Shown: piece after piece, positions 46,575 through 52,409 of the stretch | Layout of the letters: each line of letters begins with the position of its first letter | Position numbering within the stretch: the first letter of the stretch is position 1 | NCBI GenBank assembly: GCA_043752035.1 | Contig: JAYUZE010000175.1 | Span: 1-52,409 of the forward strand | Length of the DNA: 52,409 nucleotides | Source: Gammaproteobacteria bacterium | GTDB lineage: Bacteria; Pseudomonadota; Gammaproteobacteria; Steroidobacterales; Steroidobacteraceae | Direction: 5' to 3' | Program-made: the position numbers and the translations under genes | The notes under the pieces: model-generated | Database searches by the model: none | Seen by the model: only the letters and a program-made list of their open reading frames with translations | What the model was told of the DNA's origin: nothing

Positions 46575-47393
46575 TCACGGCCTCAGGTGAGCCAACATTA
46601 TCGTGATCCCGCAGAACACCTGCGTCGTGATTCCAGAGTGCCCTAGCGATCGCGCCACGCCCACATCCACCACGGATCCGCTCGACAGCAGGTAACTCCC
46701 TGCGACCAACCACTGCGCCGTGTCCGCCGCCCCGCTCTGGCGCGTACCAGAGAGTTCACCGCCGACGCTAATACGCTCGCTCATTGCGCGCGACAGGGAG
46801 GACGCCCACCCCCACTGCCAGTGACCCAGACTCGGATCGTCCGAGGTCAGGCGCGTGACAAAAACATTGCTGTCGCTGTGCCACATCCCTAGGTCCGCAC
46901 TGAAGATGCTGTTGATTGCGTAGGCGGTCTTTCCAACCCCGTCGCGTCCCGTCGGCTCAATCACGCCGCCTTCGACACCGACAGCCGCATTCCGGAGCGC
47001 GCCCCACGTGCCCCTGGCCCCCATGGCAAACCGGCGTTTGATGATGAGTGCGGTATCGCCGATGGCATAGCCCGGACCGTCTGAACTCTGGGTGTCACGC
47101 ACCCAGGCCTCGCCTCCCAGGCGAATTCCCCAATCTGGCGTAAACGCATATTTGAGTGCAAAAGGAACACTGTCGCGCTCGGCGCCGCCATTGCGTGCGT
47201 GCAGCAGTCCGAACTCTCCTTCCAGCCAGCCGGGCGACGACAATTGGGCGGGAGTCGACACGCTGGGCCGATAGGGCGTTACGGCGGGAGGAGATTCAGG
47301 ATTGGTCTCAGCCCGCGCAACCGTTACACCGACAATAGCGGCGTACGTCACCAACAACAGACCGCGGACTTTGGGAAGCTCGTGCTGAGGCAT
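46575..47393 (-). CDS. Outer-membrane beta-barrel protein (MetA-pathway/phenol-degradation-like transporter family)
   Basis: Signal peptide plus YRPSVSTPAQLSSPGWLEGEFG and an alternating beta-strand pattern. Confidence 0.55.
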   Translation of the reverse strand: MPQHELPKVRGLLLVTYAAIVGVTVARAETNPESPPAVTPYRPSVSTPAQLSSPGWLEGEFGLLHARNGGAERDSVPFALKYAFTPDWGIRLGGEAWVRDTQSSDGPGYAIGDTALIIKRRFAMGARGTWGALRNAAVGVEGGVIEPTGRDGVGKTAYAINSIFSADLGMWHSDSNVFVTRLTSDDPSLGHWQWGWASSLSRAMSERISVGGELSGTRQSGAADTAQWLVAGSYLLSSGSVVDVGVARSLGHSGITTQVFCGITIMLAHLRP

Positions 47394-47541
47394 CGTCTCA
47401 TTCCTATGTCACAGTACTGCGAACACTGTATGGACAATGCATCCACGGCTTCAGGATGACGCACGCTCCGCAAGCCCCGGCCCACGTTTGCAAGCCTTTC
47501 CATCGCGACCCACCATCAGCCGCGCGAGTCCAGCGAACACC

Positions 47542-47877
47542 TCAATGCTTCGGCCACAGCGCCAACACCAACACAATCGCCGTCACAATCGCCTGGCCCC
47601 ACGCCAGCCGATCCAAAAACCAAGCCACTAGGGGCGACACTGGTTTCTCCCGTGCCGCACCCATCTTCAGCAGAATCTGAGAGGGCCGCCCATAGTCGGA
47701 CTCCTCAACTACATAGATCCCTATTTCCGGATATCCCAGTCGACCCGGACCTAGTCCCGTTCCGTCATCCAGGTCTGGCTGCTCTCCGCCTCGCATGCAG
47801 GGAATACCCGCCGCGCGCAACGCCTCAACAGCGCGCTTGGCAAAACGAACGCCTTCGGCCATGTACACCAATCGCAT
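47542..47877 (-). CDS. DUF2007-like small protein with a C-terminal TM helix
   Basis: MRLVYMAEGVRFAKRAVEALRAAGIPC resembles DUF2007 (putative signal-transducing fold). GTG at 47913 is the alternative longer start. Confidence 0.4.
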   Translation of the reverse strand: MRLVYMAEGVRFAKRAVEALRAAGIPCMRGGEQPDLDDGTGLGPGRLGYPEIGIYVVEESDYGRPSQILLKMGAAREKPVSPLVAWFLDRLAWGQAIVTAIVLVLALWPKH

Positions 47878-48113
47878 CTGCGCGACCCTATCCTTGCCGA
47901 CGATCGAGTTCACCTAGCGAGCGCCCACGCCAGATGATGCCTTGAAAACGCCGCGGATCAGCGAAATAACGCGACAGGGTTAGTCCAGACCGAACCCGCC
48001 CCTTCAATGATCTGCTACAGTGTTCATAATGCCACAAGGCTCTCGAGGCTGCTCTCTGGCTGGTGACGGCTGCGGTAGACTGCGCCCCCTAACCCACAGC
48101 ACGATACAACACC

Positions 48114-48314
48114 ATGTCCCGCTTGCTGATCGCCATTGGATTGCTCATCGTGCTGATCGGTTTGCTCTGGCCATTCTTTGCCAAGTTGCATATCGGTCAC
48201 CTACCCGGTGATATCGTCATCCACCGATCCAACTTCACGATCTACCTGCCGTTGATGACGATGCTGATCGTGAGTCTCCTGCTCGGCTTGATTCGCTGGA
48301 TGCTCCGTAGGTAG
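48114..48314 (+). CDS. DUF2905 small membrane protein
   Basis: 66 aa with two TM helices and the family motif LPGDIVI. Confidence 0.65.
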   Translation: MSRLLIAIGLLIVLIGLLWPFFAKLHIGHLPGDIVIHRSNFTIYLPLMTMLIVSLLLGLIRWMLRR

Positions 48315-48423
48315 CCCTCGCACAACCCTTGTTCAGTGTTCGCCACAGCAAACACGAGCTGCAAAGAGGCGTCCGCCCTGGCAGTTGACTGCACGAATGC
48401 TGTGGACCATCTACCTCGTTCAC

Positions 48424-48999
48424 CTAATTCACCCTGATCACCTGTTGTATCGCCAGCAGGCTGCAGCAACCCCTATGTCCGTAGCCCATCCAGAAGACCT
48501 TGCCGTCGCCAGGGCGCTTCCAGCGTTCTCCAGCAAAGAAGCGCCCAACGAGCGTCGCAGCGACGTTCACGTATTTATTTCCGGCGCGTCGATAGACCAC
48601 CTCTAGAAGCCGCTTCATCGGCTTATCTTCAACTAACGGAATCGCGATGCCTTCCATGGTCAGTTCCTGAGGTCGACCCCGATCTGCTGTGACGCCACAG
48701 CAGTACACCGTCGCGGAAGTCCGCGTGCCACCCACTTCCAGCCAGATCCCCATCGACTCACGACACTCGCCGACATTGAGCGTGAAGTCTTCAAGTCCCT
48801 GACTGACCTGCCCACTGACCTCGACCAGCTTGTGATTTCACGTTTCCGGGTGCAACAGCAATTCGCACACGCTGGTGCGGACAGGCAACTTTACTGGCGT
48901 AAGCGCCGCGGCTTGCGCGGCCCCGTCGGCCCACGTGAACGATGCAACACCGCATTCAATCAATTCCGTCACAATCAGCACTCGCATTTTAGGGCTCAT
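48424..48999 (-). pseudogene. Hypothetical protein gene, probably interrupted by an in-frame TGA at 48838-48840
   Basis: ATG at 48999 has GAGG 9 nt upstream. It opens a 53-codon frame (MSPKMRVLIVTELIECG..) that is in phase with track ORF 48424-48753 and separated from it only by one TGA. No family recognised. Confidence 0.35.
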
Positions 49000-49140
49000 G
49001 TGTCACCGCCTCGGTCTACGGACCCCACAACGCCACACCCAAATCGCCCCACCGGCGTATCATCGCGCCCACTGGAAGCCCTCGCTATAGAGAGAGTGCT
49101 CTCCACGATCGCTCAGTCCCAATACCACCTGGAGTACCCT

Positions 49141-49368
49141 ATGAAACGCTTACTTACTGGCACACTCGCCGTCAGCTTTTTGCTTATCGGCGCCGGCGCC
49201 TACGCCGCCGCACCCATGGACAAGAACCACTCTGCCGAGAAGGCCGAATGGAAAGCCTGCATGGACAAGATGGCGGCCGCCAATCCCAACATGAGCCACA
49301 AGAAGATGAAGATGGCCTGTCATGCCGAGATGCACCACGATGCCAAGGGAGCAGGCGCTCCTAAGTAA
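49141..49368 (+). CDS. Small secreted His/Met/Lys-rich protein (75 aa) with two Cys
   Basis: MKRLLTGTLAVSFLLIGAGAYAAAP signal peptide, with GGAG 8 nt upstream of the ATG. The 178-aa track ORF is an over-extension. A GC-rich nested hairpin follows at 49386-49418. Confidence 0.6.
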   Translation: MKRLLTGTLAVSFLLIGAGAYAAAPMDKNHSAEKAEWKACMDKMAAANPNMSHKKMKMACHAEMHHDAKGAGAPK

Positions 49369-49440
49369 GCCGACAACTGGGCTTGCCCCGGTAGCAGCGC
49401 AACGCTGCGGCCGGGGCAGTGCTCAAAAAACCCCCACGCC

Positions 49441-49764
49441 ATGCACTACGCCGCTCTCGTACTCTTCGAATATTCTTCCGACCAGCCCGGCTATGCCCCG
49501 CAGTTCGAATAGAGCCTGATTCTGGTCGTCGCGCTATCCGCCGACGACGCCAAAGCCAAAGTCGCCTACTTCGCCCACCAGCGCCAGCCGAGCTACCGCA
49601 CCGCTTCTGGCTCAACAATTCGCTGCACCCTGGCACTGATCGTGGGCGTCTCCTCGATTGCAGATGATCCAATGACCGACGGCACCGAGATCTACAGCCG
49701 GCATTTCCGGACACTTGCGGATTATGAGCGGTTCGAACATAGCGCACGCGATAGCACCGCCTAG
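49441..49764 (+). pseudogene. DUF4288-family gene with an in-frame amber codon (49510-49512)
   Basis: Manual translation gives MHYAALVLFEYSSDQPGYAPQFE*SLILVVALSADDAKAKVAYFAH..DGTEIYSRHFRTLADYERF. This is the DUF4288 pattern, continuous across the TAG. Confidence 0.55.
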
Positions 49765-49915
49765 AGTATCCTCATCGGCCAGTGCCCTCTCCAAACCACT
49801 GTTAGGGTGCGCCAGCACCGAGGCCGCATTCGCTTAACTGCGATTTCATCCGTAGGGCCGATGGTAGGCCGCGCGTGTGAGCGTCCTCCCCACTTTCAGC
49901 AATGCACTCGCCGCC

Positions 49916-50287
49916 TTACTTGACCTTCCCACTCTCAAACCACAACTCCGTTTCCGGCCGCCGCATCGATGCAAGGTACGTGTCCAACGCGTCCTTCCCA
50001 GCTCTCCGCTCCTCGTACTGGCCCCCAACGGAGTAGTCCACACAGAACACGTTCTTCTTTGGTCCCATCCACGCTGTGGGTCCAACCCCTATAAACAAAT
50101 CCGGTTTGGTAGCGATATGGTCTGAACTGATAATCGGTTTCGCCCACCGCCAGAAGTAACCTACGATCACCGGCACGTCCTCGGCATACTCCTCCCACCA
50201 TTTCACCCGATCACACATATGCCACTGGCCACTGGACCAGAACGGCCAGGCAGTCCATCGCTCGACTCCCGAGGTCGCCACCCGCAC
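49916..50287 (-). pseudogene. C-terminal remnant of a metallophosphoesterase (ApaH/PrpA-like)
   Basis: VPVIVGYFWRWAKP..NVFCVDYSVGG resembles the C-terminal third of such phosphatases. The N-terminal metal-binding motifs are absent, and a stop lies a few codons upstream of the GTG start. Confidence 0.35.
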
Positions 50288-50305
50288 CCGACCCGTGCCC
50301 TGGGC

Positions 50306-51832
50306 CTATTTCGGCCTCGCCGGCCTGTGCACTGCTGGCGTCACGCGACGCTTCTTCTTCGACGCGACCTTCCTGCGCGCCACCTTCCCGACTCGCAGGC
50401 GCATGAGCGACGTAACGATCGCCTCGACCTTCCGCCCCTTGAGCTGATCGATTTGTTGCAGCACCGCGGCTAGATCGGACTTTATCGCCTGATCAGTGAC
50501 ACCAGCCCGGAGCGAGCGCACAAAAGCGCTGGCTCGGCTCACCGCTTCTGCATCTACCACCGTCTCTTTGTTTTCAATCAGGTGTCCTGCGCTCTTCAGA
50601 ACTGCTGCTGCCGCCTTGGCCAGTGAGGGCGATCGCAGTACCTTCGAAAGCATCGGGAACTGCAAGCGCTCGAAGAGCGCCACCCATTCCCGGCCAGGCG
50701 CTGTCGTGGCCAACAGCCGATCGCGAATCCCACGCAGTGACATCAACATCGACCCACCAGAGAATAAAGGCAGGCCAATGACCTCGATGGCGCACACGGA
50801 CTGCTGCAGGAGCGAGACGATAGCGGACTTGGCATCGCGCTGTATCAGCGACGGATCCGCGGGATGAAACGAGTTGTCCACCGTATCGGCTGGCGGTCCG
50901 GTCTCAAAAGTAAATCCGTAGGTCTTGTACAGACTGGTGTCGGCCAGATGCCTTGCATACGCATAATCGCTCTGCGTGCCGGTCGTGGCGTAGAGCGCCC
51001 GCGAGGTCGCCGCAGTGTAGTTGCGACCTCGCACCGCATGAATGTCACTGACAATCTGCCGAGCTACCGTCGTGAACCGCTGCGCGTCGACAGGCAGCAT
51101 GTATTCCGAATAGGTGCCAGGCACGCTCGCGGTGCACGTATGCGTCGCAAGAGTGGCGAAGTTATTCGACGAGTCCTTGCTCTGCGTCGGCGCGTGCCCC
51201 CAAGGGTACAATACCAGCTCCGAATAAGAGTGCACGTCGACGAAACTCACCATGCGCTCGGTATCAAGCAAGTGCTTGACGTTTCGCGTTTCCGGCTCGC
51301 TGAACGCCGATGGCCCGCAGTAAATGTCCGTGCACGGTGAGCACGAGGTCTGGCCCTGGGCGACGCCCCAGACAATGTCCGCATTGCGATTCAGATCTAC
51401 CCCAAGGCAGGTCGACCCGGCGTTTACCCGGCGGTTCTTACGCCACAGGCTGTCGCCGCCGATTACCTGCTCGCGGCCATCGGGGTTCACGCAGGGCAGC
51501 AGCCAGATATCGAGGGACTCCAGAATGATCTTGATGTCATCCGCCGTCCAGGTGCGGCCGCCGTACACAATCGCTGTACCGTTGACATAGCTGAGGAAGA
51601 GGTCAATGGCCAGATCGACGATTGCATCCGGGTTCATCAACTCGCGGGCGTGCGTGCCGCCCGCCACCAGGACACCAGGCCGGCTGCCGGCTGCGCCGGC
51701 GCGCAGCCGCAACGCAAACACCGGTCTGCCTTCGACCGAGTTCTCCGGCATTTGCCGCTCCAGGAAGTAGTCCGGAAACCACTGCGACAGCAGGTGTATG
51801 GCCGAATTGATTTGCGCAGCGGTGCGGTACAT
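50306..51832 (-). CDS. M14-family zinc carboxypeptidase with a C-terminal extension of about 170 aa and a basic tail; no signal peptide
   Basis: HxxE (GTHARELMN), NPDG, WRKNRR, GVDLNRN, VDVHSYSE and catalytic Glu context GFTFETG. The tail is RRKVASKKKRRV. ATG at 51832 overlaps the upstream stop (TGATG). Confidence 0.85.
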   Translation of the reverse strand: MYRTAAQINSAIHLLSQWFPDYFLERQMPENSVEGRPVFALRLRAGAAGSRPGVLVAGGTHARELMNPDAIVDLAIDLFLSYVNGTAIVYGGRTWTADDIKIILESLDIWLLPCVNPDGREQVIGGDSLWRKNRRVNAGSTCLGVDLNRNADIVWGVAQGQTSCSPCTDIYCGPSAFSEPETRNVKHLLDTERMVSFVDVHSYSELVLYPWGHAPTQSKDSSNNFATLATHTCTASVPGTYSEYMLPVDAQRFTTVARQIVSDIHAVRGRNYTAATSRALYATTGTQSDYAYARHLADTSLYKTYGFTFETGPPADTVDNSFHPADPSLIQRDAKSAIVSLLQQSVCAIEVIGLPLFSGGSMLMSLRGIRDRLLATTAPGREWVALFERLQFPMLSKVLRSPSLAKAAAAVLKSAGHLIENKETVVDAEAVSRASAFVRSLRAGVTDQAIKSDLAAVLQQIDQLKGRKVEAIVTSLMRLRVGKVARRKVASKKKRRVTPAVHRPARPK

Positions 51833-52158
51833 CACCCACCATCCTTGCGTGGTATCCCCTTGACGCGTCTCTCGAGTGAATGCTGCGCCTGCACGTCTGT
51901 CATCACCAATGACTTCTCAAGGGGGGCGATTGGAATAACCGCCAGTAGCTTTACGGCAATACCCTGCTCGAGGAGGCAGTTTGCTTCATCCGCCGAGATC
52001 AGGACATGGATCCTCCCGTTCCGATCGGGCAAACGATCAAGCGCAAGCTCCGACACCAAGGCGATGGACTTGCTTCGTTCCGTGTCGGGCAACACCGCCG
52101 AGTAGCGAACGGCTGGCCCTTCGTTCTCATGCTTACCGGACTTTCTGGGTGTCTGCAT
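51832..52158 (-). CDS. Hypothetical 108-aa protein, translationally coupled to the M14 peptidase (possible detached pro-domain/inhibitor)
   Basis: ORF with a 1-nt stop/start overlap with the peptidase gene. The pattern of hydrophobic strands and helices (VRYSAVL..IALVSELALDRL..RIHVLISADEANCLLEQGIAVKLL) loosely mirrors M14 pro-segments. Confidence 0.5.
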   Translation of the reverse strand: MQTPRKSGKHENEGPAVRYSAVLPDTERSKSIALVSELALDRLPDRNGRIHVLISADEANCLLEQGIAVKLLAVIPIAPLEKSLVMTDVQAQHSLERRVKGIPRKDGG

Positions 52159-52235
52159 GGATTCGCTCGAAGTGCGATACCTGCCCTGTCTTCAGGTCGA
52201 AGTGACCTGGACGCTGCTCTCAAGTGTGTTCGTTG

Positions 52236-52409
52236 TCAAGCGGCACTACAAAGCGGCCCACCCGCAACTTGGTGCGCAGTCCTCTTAGCCGACCGAATGG
52301 GCTCTTCCACCCTAGGGAAGCTCTGCACAGGGTCTATGGAATGACCGATAATGTGAGCAGTAAACATGATCGGTGAGGTCTGTAACCTGATGAAGCAAAC
52401 GACGTTTTC
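52236..52409 (-). CDS. 3' end of an unidentified ORF running in from beyond the window
   Basis: An open frame runs from the window edge to TGA at 52236-52238 (..FIRLQTSPIMFTAHIIGHSIDPVQSFPRVEEPIRSAKR..). No family recognised. Confidence 0.3.
   Translation of the reverse strand, partial: ENVVCFIRLQTSPIMFTAHIIGHSIDPVQSFPRVEEPIRSAKRTAHQVAGGPLCSAA

Noticed and set aside
49386-49418. A GC-rich nested hairpin (GCCCCGG..CAGCG-caa-CGCTG..CCGGGGC) lies after the small secreted-protein gene. It could be a terminator.
   Set aside because: - It is followed by an A-rich rather than a U-rich tract on the coding strand, so it is not a canonical intrinsic terminator.
- It is mentioned only in the evidence for the neighbouring gene.
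1-52409. I looked for CRISPR arrays, rRNA or tRNA genes, IS elements, transposases, integrases and phage genes.
   Set aside because: - No regularly spaced direct repeats were found.
- No conserved RNA gene signatures were found.
- No DDE, tyrosine-recombinase or serine-recombinase-like translations were recognised in any frame I inspected.

Overview
Gene-dense, high-GC proteobacterial chromosomal window, annotated by eye with no BLAST or HMM search. The layout runs left to right.

- **1-5.4 kb:** a truncated Bcr/CflA-type MFS pump, an RraB-like protein and a 2Fe-2S ferredoxin. These are followed by a thiamine uptake operon on the minus strand: TPP riboswitch, TonB-dependent receptor, then a PnuC-like transporter fused to an APH/choline-kinase-type kinase.
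- **5.5-10.5 kb:** a MacB/Lol-type ABC export operon (ATPase, HlyD-type adaptor, two FtsX permeases) with a PhzF-family isomerase gene embedded in it.
- **10.5-16.2 kb:** a beta-lactamase-fold protein that seems to lack the SxxK catalytic motif, ModF, a glycine-zipper lipoprotein, a two-domain retropepsin-like protease, and an outer-membrane barrel gene split by an in-frame TGA.
- **16.2-25.4 kb:** Leu and propionate catabolism genes (MCCase alpha and beta, isovaleryl-CoA dehydrogenase, a GntR regulator, prpD, prpC) plus a Tat-signal aldo/keto reductase.
- **25.4-26.8 kb:** a mosaic of three gene fragments (P-type ATPase, MgtC/DUF4010, M28 peptidase).
- **26.9-45.6 kb:** a LacI-controlled beta-glucoside/beta-glucan utilisation locus. 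It holds a TBDR, two tandem flavin-halogenase-like genes, a Gfo/Idh/MocA oxidoreductase, a DUF1080 protein, GH30, a sugar ABC importer, LacI, GH1 and GH3. Three copies of a TGGAAAsnTTTCCA-type operator are visible.
- **About 45.7 kb to the end:** a visibly lower-GC accessory stretch with small DUF genes and several disrupted genes. It also carries an M14 carboxypeptidase preceded by a translationally coupled small ORF that resembles a detached pro-domain.

The candidates I rate most worth follow-up are the halogenase-like, oxidoreductase and DUF1080 genes inside the sugar operon, the riboswitch-controlled PnuT-kinase fusion, the PhzF-containing ABC exporter, and the M14 peptidase with its upstream ORF. 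No CRISPR array, rRNA, tRNA, transposase or integrase was recognised.
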